Positions 39,709 through 51,237 of a stretch of DNA of 64,000 nucleotides are shown one piece after another. This DNA is from Octopus sinensis (taxonomy: Eukaryota). The stretch spans positions 67,456,001 to 67,520,000 of the forward strand of contig NC_043007.1 in the NCBI RefSeq assembly GCF_006345805.1, given 5' to 3'. A program made the position numbers and the translations under genes. The notes under the pieces were generated by a model. That model worked only from the letters and a program-made list of their open reading frames with translations, had not been told where the DNA came from and searched no databases. Numbering within the stretch: position 1 is the stretch's first letter; the number at the start of each line of letters is the position of its first letter.

Positions 39709-40194
39709 AAAGTACCACCCTCTACAAATTGAGCAGTTGCACTGTAGACTCTAGGCTACTATCTTTTCAGCCTCACATTTTATGGTCAAAGAAAAACAAC
39801 TCTAATCCACCCTCCTTTTGCTTCTTTCCTATCCACGAAATCCAATTAACCTATAATTCAACTGGATGTTAGTTTAACATGTATGCAAAGTTTCATCAAG
39901 ATTGGTTCACCAGTGTAAGCAGCAAGATGGTAACAGACAGATAGATAGACAGATTAGACAGACAGAAATTGCCATTTATGTATAACATTTTTATTTGTTT
40001 CAGTCGTTTAACTGCAGCCATTCTGGAGCACTGACTTGAAGGGTTTTAGTCAAACAAATCAACCCCAGGACTTATGTCTTAAGCCTAGTACCTATTTTAT
40101 TGGTCTCTTTGCCAAGCTGCTAAGTTATGGGGATGTAAGCACACCAACACTGGTTGTCAAGTGATGATGGCAGGACAAGCACAGACACAAAAAA

Positions 40195-40231
<37 letters not shown>

Positions 40232-40567
40232 CGACAAACTTCTTTCAGTTTCCATCTACTAAATCCACTAACAAGGTTTTGGTTAGCCTGAGGTTATAGT
40301 AGAAGACACTTGCCTAAGGTGCCACATGTACACATTCACACAAACAGTGGCAAATCAAACTCAGAAACAGATTTTTTTTTTTACTCAAGCAGCAGAAGTT
40401 TTATCACTGTATATGGCTTGAGCTGATGGCAATTGTTAATAACAACAGTGTCAACAGAGATAGAAGAGAACCAGAGCAAGAGTGTGATAAAAATGGGAAT
40501 ACTGGACGAGAATCAAGAGTGATGGGAGTAAGAAATATGAGGAGAGATTAAAAATAAGGTTACTAAC

Positions 40568-40660
40568 CTCCTGATTGTCTGAATGTTTTTTTGGTGAGGA
40601 ATTTTCTGATATCACAGATTTCTTGACTGGTGATTTCACTGAGTTTACTATTTGTTCAAC
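40568..40660 (-). CDS. MDM1: MDM1-like exon C2 (VEQIVNSVKSPVKKSVISENSSPKKHSDNQE)
   Basis: Acceptor tgtatttaag, donor GAG|gttagt; 93 nt, phase 0->0. Confidence 0.75.
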
Positions 40661-41707
40661 CTTAAATACATAAATATTAAATGAGTAACCCTTTTTGTTA
40701 CCATATTTCTTTCAACATACACTGTTGTTGTTACAATTAATTTGGAATTTAGTAATATAACTTTGTTGTTACTAAGCTGGTGTTTGGAACATAAATTAAT
40801 GTGAAATCTTGATTGAAGGTTTTAATTTAGATCAGTTTAAAACAAGACGTTTGTATTAAACCAGGATGGTCTTGTGTACGTCTGTATCAAAAGAGCTAAT
40901 CATGAATTTAAACATGGTAGGCTCACAGAAAAAATACTAAGTTTTAATCTTATGAATTTTAAGTTCTTAACAAGACAACATTCTGAAAAATGTACACATA
41001 ATCACGCACTCACACACAAAATGTTTTTACTGTTCTAATCATTCTACTGAATCAGAATCAAAAGAATATGTTTATCAAGTTATAGAAACTTTAGAATTGT
41101 CATTACACCATTTGTTATTATATTTCTGTTGAAATTCACTGCATTTGTTTCAGTTGATTTTGAAAATGATGAAGAATTTAGTAAAATATCTTTGGTGCAC
41201 TAGGGTCAATGTAATTGATTAGCACTTTTCACCAATATTGGTTGATGAGCCAAGTTCTGCAGCAGATAAACTTGGAGAAGAAAAGTCATCAAATTACTGC
41301 TTTTTGGCATTTTTTGAATGTTTATTCCTATGGAATTTATGCCTCTTGTTCTTGTCCATGTGGTCGATCCTTTTATTACTCCTAATGAAAGGTTTTGAGC
41401 ACTTTTTTATGTGTATTTTGTGACAGAAATGAAAAAAATGGAAGAAAACAATTTTCAAGTGTCTTCGCTGAGAATTGGATGTTGGATGTAAGGTGTGCTC
41501 TGATTAGTCGAGAGGCCTGCTACATCACAAAATGAGTGACATTTGCCCAAGGTGCCACACAGTGAGATTGAACCTGGAACCATGTGGTTGAGAAGCAAGC
41601 CATGCCTGCACCTATATACAAACATGGGATGGAAACAATAAAAAAATTATGTTTCTACAAACTTACATATTAATAAATAAATAAATAAATAAATAAAGTT
41701 TATTAAC

Positions 41708-41800
41708 CTCTTCGTTGTCTGAAAGGTTTTTTTGTGAGTAAGTTTCAAACATTACAGATTTCTTGACTGGTGATTTTTCTGGACACATTATCTCTTCACC
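41708..41800 (-). CDS. MDM1: MDM1-like exon C1 (GEEIMCPEKSPVKKSVMFETYSQKNLSDNEE)
   Basis: Acceptor tatatttaag, donor GAG|gttaat; 93 nt, phase 0->0; paralog of C2. Confidence 0.75.
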
Positions 41801-42109
41801 CTTAAATATATGAACATCAAATGATTGGTTGTGAGTTTAAACATGAGGGATTCACAGATTCACAGAAAAATTACTAACTTTACTGAGTGTACTAGATGTA
41901 TCTGATCACAGTACCAGCACTAGATAGATTGTCACAACCTCAAGAAAACTATATTTGCCAAGTATGTTACAGTATGTACAAGATGCATTTTATTGTGGCA
42001 CTGTCACAAGTGAGGTTACTGTGTATCCTGCAATACTAAAGAATCCATGCTACTTTGTGTTGTCTCTGTTCATTCAAGGCTAGTTGAGAGTAGTGGCATC
42101 TCAATGTCT

Positions 42110-42665
42110 TCTGCCCTTGTAATTTGAGACACATCTTGGATATCAAGAAGACTGACCACAACACCAACACTAGTCCTAAACTACACCAAGACACCCATTT
42201 CATTCACCTAGCTCCAGCAGTGCCATCTGGTCATGTAGATCGCATGCCAGATGGAAGGAGCCCAAAAGACCTCTTGTATGGGGAATTGGCCACTGGCACA
42301 AGAGCATGAAGATTACTTCATCTTCACTTCAAGGACATCTGCAAGAGAGATATGAAATCAATAGATCTGGACGTCCTGAGATGGGACGGGGTCGTAAATG
42401 ATCATCCACGCTGGAGACAAATACTGTGAAAGAAGATGAAGCGAGGGGAAGAGAAAGAGGAACTTGCCACCAAAGAAAAGCGCAGTTGACAAAAAGAAAA
42501 ACCAGTAGTGCCGGTAGAGAGCTGCTTCAAATGCAGTCGCTGTATGCATGACTGCCACCCCTGTTTGGGTCTCTACAGCCACAGGAGACTCTGCACCACC
42601 ATCAGCAGCTGACACAATTTCTTTGAGCACAGATCCATGGTCTCTTGAGACTCACTCACAGATGC
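42110..42665 (+). mobile_element. 3' fragment of an RTE (BovB-like) LINE
   Basis: GHVDRMPDGRSPKDLLYGEL..G, KDICKRDMK, and C-terminal C-x2-C...GLYSH...C; stops present. Confidence 0.85.
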
Positions 42666-42869
42666 CTACTCTTTCAAGGTAATATGACTAAGAGGGTGAA
42701 TAGGAGACAACACAATGACAGAAGATGAACTAGAGAAAGAAGAGAGCATGAGGTGCAAAAATAGGGTAAAGGTGGCGAACAAGGTTGCATTGCTCCCAAC
42801 AAGGCTAAGAATCCTTGCTATCTTACAGCATCTCCATTTGTCCAAGGTAACAGTGTTATTAGGAAACAG

Positions 42870-43337
42870 AGTGGCCGTTTGCCAGCTCTGTCTGGCAACC
42901 GTGTCGGTGGCACGTAAAAGCACCATCCGTTCGCGTCCGTTGCCAGCCTCGGCTGGCTCCCGTGCCGGTGACACGTAAAAGCACCGTCCGTTCGTGGCCG
43001 TTTGCCAGCTCTGTCTGGCCCCGTGTCGGTGGCACGTAAAAGCACCATCCGTTCGTGTCCGTTGCCAGCATCGCCTGGCCCCGTGCCGGTGACACGTAAA
43101 AGCACCATCCGTTCGTGGCCATTCGCCAGCTCTGTCTGGCACCTGTGCAGGTGGCACGTAAAAAACACCCACTACACTTGCGGAGTGGTTGGCGTTAGGA
43201 AGGGCATCCAGCCGTAGAAACACTGCCAGATCTGACTGGGCCTGACGAAGCCTTCCAGCTTCACAGACCCCAGTTGACCCGTCCAACCCATGCTAGCATG
43301 GAAAGCGGACGCTAAATGATGATGATGATGATGATGA
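42870..43337 (+). mobile_element. Short element with RTE-like 3' tail and (GAT)n end, with 5' array of ~61-bp monomers; copies 7073-7400(-), 8977-9200(-), 19556-19929(+), 23190-23468(+), 33757-33911(+)
   Basis: Shared gtggttggcgttaggaagggcatccagc(c/t)gtagaaac...ccaacccatgctagcatggaaagcggac..aa(t/c)gatgatgat. Confidence 0.85.
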
Positions 43338-43654
43338 TGAGAGTGAATGACAAAAGAATCAGAATGAGAGAGTAAAGAGAGCAAAAATAGGAAGGGGGAA
43401 ATTAGAGTAGGGAGGGGTAATGATTACCTTGTCAAACATAATACTTATTTATTCATATTGTTTTGAATCAATCAAGCGTTATCTCATAACTTCAAGATTT
43501 CAATGATGTGATTGTTTATTTTTAGAATAATATTGTAGAGTTGCTGTGAGAGGCCCAATCTGATCATTTTGAACATAAAACAGGTGGGATATTCAGGCCA
43601 GGTGTGGCTGGTTTGAATACTAAAGGATTAATAATGATGTAAATTTAATTACGT

Positions 43655-43950
43655 GGAGGTGCAATGGCCCAGTGGTTAAGGCAGCAGACTTGTGGTCGGA
43701 GAATCGTAGTTTCGATTCCCAAACCGGGCGTTGTGTGTGTTTATTGAGCGAAAACACCTACAGCTCCACAAGGCTCCGGCAGGGGGTGGTGGCGACCCCT
43801 GTTGTACTCTTTTGCCCCAACTTTCTCTCACTCTTTCTTTCTGTTTCTTGCGTAACGCTGCAATGGACTGGTATCCCATCCAGCTGGGGGGAACACATAC
43901 GCCACAGAAACCGGGAAACTGGGCCCATGAGCTTGGCTAGGCTTGAAAAG
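43655..43950 (+). mobile_element. tRNA-derived SINE family B; copies 2065-2349(-), 22311-22610(-); related heads at 11762-11880(+), 17413-17745(-)
   Basis: Head tggcccagtggttaag (A box) ... gtttcgattcc (B box); shared body gaaacaccta-agctccac; tail aggcttgaaaag. Confidence 0.85.
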
Positions 43951-44502
43951 GGTGAAAAGAAAAAAAAGAAGAAATTTAATTACGATGATGATGATGTACA
44001 GAAATACTGCTATCAATGAAATGGAATTGTAAATGAGTTGGTGGCATGAAAAATACATCCAGTACATGTTGTAAAGTTGTTCACATTAGGAAAGGACGTC
44101 AGCTATAAAAACTGTGCCAAAGCAGACACTAGAACACAATGTAGTGCTTGAACCTACCAAACTGTCTTAACCATGTAAAGCATGGAAGATCGACATTAAA
44201 CAGTGATGCTAATGATGAAATGGAATGCAAGGTATCTGCTCTCAATTCTTCGAAAAGAAAGCGTAACAAAGTTAAAGAAAGATGCAGGTATGACTGTGTG
44301 GCCAAAAAGTTTGCAAGTGTGCAGTTTCAGGTTAGATCCAACTGCACAGTACCTTAGATGTCTTCTACTGTAGCCTCAAGCTGATCAATACCTTGTGAGT
44401 GATTTGATAGAAAGAAACTAGACAAAACATGTAACATATATGCATACCTACATACATATATATATATGTGTGTGTGTGTGTGTATATACACACACACAAA
44501 TA

Positions 44503-44720
44503 AGGAGGTGCTGAAAAGTTCCTGGCTTTGGGTAAAAGAAAATACAGGAGAATCAGTTAATTATGATTTTATTCAACATATTCCCCTTTTTGGTCCACAC
44601 ACTTATTGCAGCATTCCTTCAGCTTTTCTAAACCCTGAAAAAAAAACCTTGGAAGGTTGGACCTCCAACCAGGCCTTTTGCAATACCCTTAAAGCCAGGA
44701 ATTTTTCAGCATCCCCTCAT
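44503..44720. mobile_element. ~218-bp mariner-type MITE
   Basis: TIR aggaggtgctgaaaagttcctggcttt / aaagccaggaatttttcagcatcccct, flanked by TA. Confidence 0.82.
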
Positions 44721-45188
44721 TATTACCTACACATACACACTCACACATATCATCACCATCATTTTTACATCCACTTTTCCATGCTTTCATGGGTTATATA
44801 GAATTTTGTTGAGGCAAGATTTTCTATGGCCATATGCCCTTTCTTTCAGCAACCTTCACCTGTTTTCAAGTAAGGAAATATGTTCCCATAACCAGACAGA
44901 AGACTCAGGACAAAAGGCACCACTTCCATGATGGTAACATTTGTTTACAATTATCAAGCAATGTTAAGACAAGGAGACAATAATTATAATCTCCACACAC
45001 ACAATGGAATGTAGATGTACTATCAGTATATCAAATGAATCTTTCAGCATATATTATACAATTTATCTCACTGTTTCAGTATGTATTATGTGTAAGTTTG
45101 CTATTTCAGCTAGTTCGTTTCTGCACCTGGAAGGAAGTAGAGACAGACACCAAATAATTTTAATAGAAAAGCATCATATAAATAATAC

Positions 45189-45311
45189 CTTTTCATTTGA
45201 TTTCAAATTGTCCAACATTATAGCCTTAGACGATTTTGCAAATTTGCTTGTATCAACAACAGGAGCTGGTTTTAGATCCTTTGTAGCAGGATATTGGTCT
45301 TCATTTTTGTC
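45189..45311 (-). CDS. MDM1: MDM1-like exon D (DKNEDQYPATKDLKPAPVV...LKSNEK)
   Basis: Acceptor gcattttttttag, donor AAG|gtatta; 123 nt open, phase 0->0. Confidence 0.75.
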
Positions 45312-46075
45312 CTAAAAAAAATGCAAATAATTTTGAATATTTATAAACACATTTTCTGAAATATAACAACTGTAATGTGTAAATAGATTTATGAAAATGG
45401 CAGAAAACAAGTAACAGAAAGTGTGACCGTGTATGTGTAGGCACAGGTGAGTGGTTAAGAAGTTTGCTTCCCAACCACATGGTTTCAGGTTCAGTCTTAT
45501 TGCATGGGACTTTGGGCTACCGTTTTCTACTATAGCATCAGGCCAACCAAAGCCTTGTGAGTGAATTTGGTATATGGAAACTAAAAGAAACCCATTGTGC
45601 ATGCATGTATATGTGTGAGATGAAAATATTATTACTTGCATAGGCACAGGCGTGGCTATGTGGTAAGATGCTTGCTTCCCTAACACATGGTTCCAGGTTC
45701 AGTTCCACTGTGTGGCACCCTGGGCAAGTGTCTTCTACTGTAGCCTCAGGCTGATCAAAGCCCAAAGCCTTGTTTGTGGCTTTAGTAGATGGAAATTGAA
45801 AGAAGCCCATTGTGTATGTGTGTGTATCTCTGTTTGTTCCCCACCACCATTTGACAACTGGTGTTGGTGTGTTTATGTCCCTGTAATATAGCAGTTCAGC
45901 AAAAGAGACTGATAGAATAAGTACCAGGCCGCAAAAGAAAAATCCCGGGGCCAATTTGTTTGACTAAAACCCTTCAAGGTGGTGCCCCAGCATGGCTACA
46001 GTCAAATGACTGAAACAAGTAAAAGATAAAAGAACCTAAGTTTCCCAAACAGTTCTTGCTTCTTTCAACACTTAC

Positions 46076-46270
46076 AAAATCACGTTCGATTTCAGCACTT
46101 TTGCTCAGCATATTGTTCATTCTTTTCCTTTGTTTGTAGACAACATTTTCAGAAAACTTTGCATGATTTCCAAGAAGTATATATTCTTCCTGATCAGGTA
46201 CTGCCCCTCCATAGGAATGTACAGGAACTGTTCTATTTGTATGATTTTTTTCAATGTTTTCCACTTGCAT
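46076..46270 (-). CDS. MDM1: MDM1-like exon A3 (MQVENIEKNH...EEYILLGNHAKFSENVVYKQRKR...ERDF)
   Basis: Acceptor tttttctcag, donor TTT|gtaagt; 195 nt, phase 0->0. Confidence 0.82.
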
Positions 46271-47959
46271 CTGAGAAAAAAATTATAAAACCAGAAGAAT
46301 AGACATAAACAATTGTTAATAAATCACTCGTTCTAAATCAGAGACATTAATCAATCATAGACTATAAGTCAATGAGTGAGATATACACTGCCAGTATGTT
46401 CTTTCCTAATGTAAGATACTTAGGTGAAATATAAGGGAAAATTAGCTGCTGCTTGTAATAGACTGAATTACAATTGTTTGTACAGAGAGTGGATATGAGT
46501 TACTTACAGCAGATGTGATAGACAGGGGGTCAAAAGGCTAACAAGGTTTAAATAGACACATACATTACAAATGTGTGTGTGTGTATGATGGGATTCCTTC
46601 AGTTTCCATCAAACAAATCTTGTCACAGGACTGTTTTTAAAATCATTATTGTTAAAAATAGCATTATTAATGATGTACTGAGGGCAGTGAATTGTCAGAA
46701 TCATTAAATTATTGATAAGAATGCTTTGTGGTCTTTCTTTTGACACTTTATGTTTCTGGTTCAAATCCCACCAAGTTCAACTTGTTCTTTCATATTTTCA
46801 GGGTTGATAAAATAAAGTACCAGTCAAGTACTGGGGTTGATGGTATCAATTAATCCTCTTCTCTCCATCTGCCTAAATTAGAAACCATTAATACTGATGT
46901 TATTCATTAACTGAATTAGTTGAATTATTTCACTTCATGATAGAGCTTTGATATGGTCCCTCGTTGTGTTAGAAATTGCAACCAAATCTCCTTATAATTA
47001 TATCCTATTCTTTCAAACAACAAAAATATCTTAGATGGTCTGATTCAATCACACACTCCTGTATTAAACAACACTAACACGAATGGAAGTAATAACACAA
47101 AACAGAAAAAGAATTCAACAACACGAACATGTAGTTTTGTGTGAGTGTTTTGTAAAATCAGGAAGTGAAAAAAGAAGTGAATAGAAGTGACATTTTTATA
47201 GAGTTAAAGATGTAGTCAGGAAGTAGACATGACAGTGAATAACAATTATTGCTTGATTTAACTGAAAAGAGATAATAGTCATGTTGAAACTTTCAAAACA
47301 GATCATAAAAATTATATTTTTATGAAAATATATCCAGACTAGAATTAAGATTGTACAAATCATTTCAAACTGAATAAAAAGGTTATATAAATATATATAT
47401 ATAGTTCAAATTTACAGAAAACAAAAGACAAAGACAGATGAAGGAACAACAAGCAGGTGCATTAGTTTGACGCTTGGGAAGAATGGGTAAGTCTTTGATG
47501 TTTCAAGCCTATGCTCTTCAACAGAAAGGATTGAGAGGGAAAAAAAGGAGAGAAAACACAAAACAACAGAGAAAGAAAAAAATGTGTAGGGATTAAAGGT
47601 TCAACATGATGAAATAGCTGGAAGAAAGAGGCTGAATGAAAGGGAGATAGTAACATGTCATCCTGGCCAAACTAGCGTGTGCAAGCACATGCATGTATAT
47701 GGAAAGGGTGTGTGAATGTGTATGAATATATGTGTGAGTGAACTTAAAATTATGTAGGCCTGTATGTGGCTATATATCTTTAAATTGTTTCAGCTCCAAA
47801 GCTGCAGTCATGCTGGGGCACCACTGTTTATATATATATATATATCAATTGCTGCCTTCTTCATTATAATTAAAATATAAATAACACCACACTTTTGGTG
47901 AACTGTTTTAACCAAAAACCTGATATATTACTGCTAAGAAGTATGTATTGATCACTTAC

Positions 47960-48013
47960 ATGTGGATCACAGGAATCTTCCTCTGTGTGTTTCTCGATGT
48001 CATCATTTTCATT
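47960..48013 (-). CDS. MDM1: MDM1-like exon B2 (NENDDIEKHTEEDSCDPH)
   Basis: Acceptor ttttgaaattag, donor CAT|gtaagt; 54 nt, phase 0->0. Confidence 0.8.
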
Positions 48014-48133
48014 CTAATTTCAAAATAAACGCAACATTTAGCATTCCTACTCAGTATACATAAATACATAATCATGCTGACACAAACAACCTAGACAGAG
48101 AGTACTTTAAGTGAGAGAATGAAAACAATTATA

Positions 48134-49411
48134 TTGGGTCTTCCCATAAATAATGTGATTTTTTAAATTGCACGAACTAAAAGCTGGAGGGGGCGGGATA
48201 AACTACTTGCATCAACTTGCTATAAAAGCAGGTAGTAATTTTCCCTTGTACTTATTCTTAGTGCAAGTTTTGAAGAGTGCAGTTCGATTTTAACAGTTAT
48301 TTTTTTCAAAGCTATAATGGAAGTGACAAAGGAGCATATTTGGCACATTTTGCTTTATGAGTTCAATAAAAGCAACAATGCAATGGAAAGTGCAAGGAAT
48401 ATTAATGCAGTATATGGGGATCAGACAATAAGCATAAGTCAGTGTCAATGATGGTTCCAGAAATTCTGAACCAGAAACTACATCCTAGAAGACGAGCCTT
48501 GTCCTGGAAGATCTGTAGAGCTTGACAAGGACATCCTGCAAACCCTGGTAGAACAAATCCTATTGTAACTGTTGAAGAACTAGCAGAGAAACTTGGATTT
48601 GGTCATTCAACCATTCATCGACACCTGCGTGCCATTGGAAAAGTCAATAAATTAGGTCAATGGGTTCTGCACAAACTTTCTGAGTCTAATCATGTGCAGA
48701 GAGTGAATGTGTGCTCTTCTTTACTGTCACATCTCATGAATGAACTTTGTTTTTGGACCGAATAGTGACAGGTGATGAGAAATGGGTTCTCTCTAAAAAT
48801 GTCAAATGCCAAAGACAGTGGGTAGGGAAAGGAGAAACACCAGACTAAAGAAGGTCTTCACCTATGTAAAGTGTTGTTATCTATTTGGTAGGATATGAAA
48901 GGTTTAGTCCACTTTGGACTTTTAAACCCAAACCAAACGATAACAAAGGAGATCTACTGCGAGCAATTTGAGCAGCTTGAGTCAGCACTAAAAGAAAGAT
49001 GACCATCTTTGATTTCAAGACAAAAGGCGTTCTACCATCAGGATAATACTCAACCACATACAGCAAGGATGACATTCTAAAGGCTGGAGCAGTTTGAATG
49101 GGATACGATGCCCCGCCCACCATATTCGCTGGACATTGCCCCATCTGATTATCATTTATTCCACAGTCTTCAAAATCATTTGAATGGAAAAAATATGAAT
49201 TCTGTAGATGAGGTCAGAACAGAACTGGAGGAGTATTTTTCATCATGGACAAATGAATTTTGGAAGAGGGATCTTGCAAGTCTACCAGATAGATGGAAGA
49301 GCATTGTAGAAAATGAAGGAGAGTATATTTTAGATTAAAAAAGAACTTTGTTTATCTTAATTCTAAAAAATAAAATTTTTAAAAAATTGCATTCTTTATG
49401 GGAAGATCCAA
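48134..49411 (+). mobile_element. Full-length but decayed mariner (D,D34D) transposon, ~1.28 kb
   Basis: TIRs ttgggtcttcccataaa / tttatgggaagatccaa with TA on both sides; transposase ATG 48317 to stop 49338 with TGDEKW, HQDN, YSLDIAPSDYHLF; stops and frameshifts. Confidence 0.93.
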
Positions 49412-50213
49412 TAGATATTCAGAGAACTATTAACTCCAAGGTGACAACAATATAGATGTTCACATAATTGTGAATTCTTTTTATAAGATTGGAGCTTTCC
49501 AGGCTATTAATCTCATCTTTAGAGTCTATAATACTTTCACCTCCCTTAGTCCTTAGTTCAGTGGGTCTTGTCTTATGAGTTACTAGGTGACACTACTAAT
49601 GCTGGTGCCATAAAAAAAATTCCCTGTTCACTCTGTAAAGTGGTTGGCATTAGCAAGGGTGCCCAGTCATAGAAATCATGCCAAAGCAGAAGTGGAGCTT
49701 AGTGCAGTCCTGTGGTTAATTGGATCCTGTTTAACCATCCAATCCACACCAGTATGGAATATGCATGTTAAATAATGGTAGTGATGATGATGACGATGAT
49801 GACAATATTTATAGAAACCATGCAGTCTGGCAGCTTATCTGATCCTTTCAAATCACCCAATCCATGCCAGCATATGAAATACACATTAGATGAGGACAAT
49901 GATGAATATTTTGAATACTAATCACCACCAAATGTCTAAATTTTTGGATGTATACATGTCTCAAACTGGATTCAAGTTTGGAACCTTTAATTTTGAACAT
50001 CTACATATTCCAGTGGCCTAGTAGAATGAGTGTAGAGGTTAGTATGAGGCTTGGAAGAGGCGTTCTTGATTCAACTGTCACCTCCTAGCCAAAGGAGAGA
50101 AGGTGATATTTCAGTCAGGACTACTACTGTAGTGATATTAGGAAAAGTTAGAGTGGAAACAGTATGTTTTTTGGTTAGAAGATGAAAGGTAATGATAAAT
50201 GACTTTATGTTAA

Positions 50214-50490
50214 TCAATTAGGTGGCCAATTGTCCAGAGGGTGAGCTGATTCGTGATGTCCTCCTCCTACCTCCATTTCCCAACTGGCACAAATGCACGG
50301 GCAGGCAGCTGAAGACCTGGGCAACGACGATAAACGAGGACCTCTCCAAACTCTCAGGTCTGCAGGTGGTCGGTCTGCGCAGATGGAACCGCGAATGGCT
50401 CGCGATCTCCAGTGACCTCGCACAGGACTGTCGGGCGTGGGCCGCCATGGTTCATGATGCCATCAGGACCAGAGAAGAAGCTGGCTCAAC
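50214..50490 (+). mobile_element. 3' fragment of a second RTE-clade LINE
   Basis: ELIRD-x-LL-x-P...GRQLKTW...RRWN-x-EW...LAQD-x-x-AW-x-A-x-x-x-D pattern. Confidence 0.75.
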
Positions 50491-51057
50491 GCCATCACAC
50501 CCCCACAAAAAAATTAGATGGCAGTTTTGGGGTGTGGTCAAGAATGTTTGTACATGTATCAGCAACACCATCCTAGATGTAGGAGTCATACTCCATTGTG
50601 GGTCTTACCTGAGCTTTGTAAAGGATTTCTAGTTTTTTGTTCAAGTAGAGGAAGGCCAGTCTTTCTCATGAATGTTTTTTCTATCTTGAAGATATGCGTT
50701 TGTCACAAGATACTCAGTGAGGGTGAAACTTAGCATTAAGTGACCTTGAGAGATTTTCATGCTTGTTGTTCATGTAAAAGATACTAATGTCTAATCTAAT
50801 ATAGAATAGCTTAATACCAAGAATTGTTGATCTTTCAAGTAATCTATATTACTTCTAGATACATCAGTGTCAACCTCCCAGTTATGTCTTTTATAGAGAG
50901 TATAATTCTAAGGATAGACTAAATTAAATATTGCTCAGTGACTAAATTAAGAACTCATGACATGGAAAGAAAGATTATGACCAACCAATAAGGTGAACAT
51001 GTTACTTAAAGGAACCCAGCAGTTTCCTAAACAGTTCTTGTTTCTTTCAACACTTAC

Positions 51058-51237
51058 TAAATCATGTTCAGTTTCAGCACTTTTGCTCGGCATATTGTTC
51101 ATTCTTTTCTTTTGTTTGTAGATAATATTATCAGAAAACTTTGCATGATTTCCAAGAAGTATATATTCTTCCTCATCAGGTGGTACACCTCCACAGGAAT
51201 CAGCAGGAACTGTTCCATTTGTATGATCGTTTTCAAT
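51058..51237 (-). CDS. MDM1: MDM1-like exon A2 (IENDHTNGTV...EEYILLGNHAKFSDNIIYKQKKR...EHDL)
   Basis: Acceptor tttttgctcag, donor TTA|gtaagt; 180 nt, phase 0->0. Confidence 0.82.

Noticed and set aside
42666-43286. 206-aa and overlapping ORFs with repeated DGAFTCHRHG; similar ORFs at 7117-7426, 19648-19909, 23149-23430
   Set aside because: Read-through of the monomer array and tail of a dispersed short retroelement; not a gene and not a CRISPR array (no unique spacers, no cas genes)
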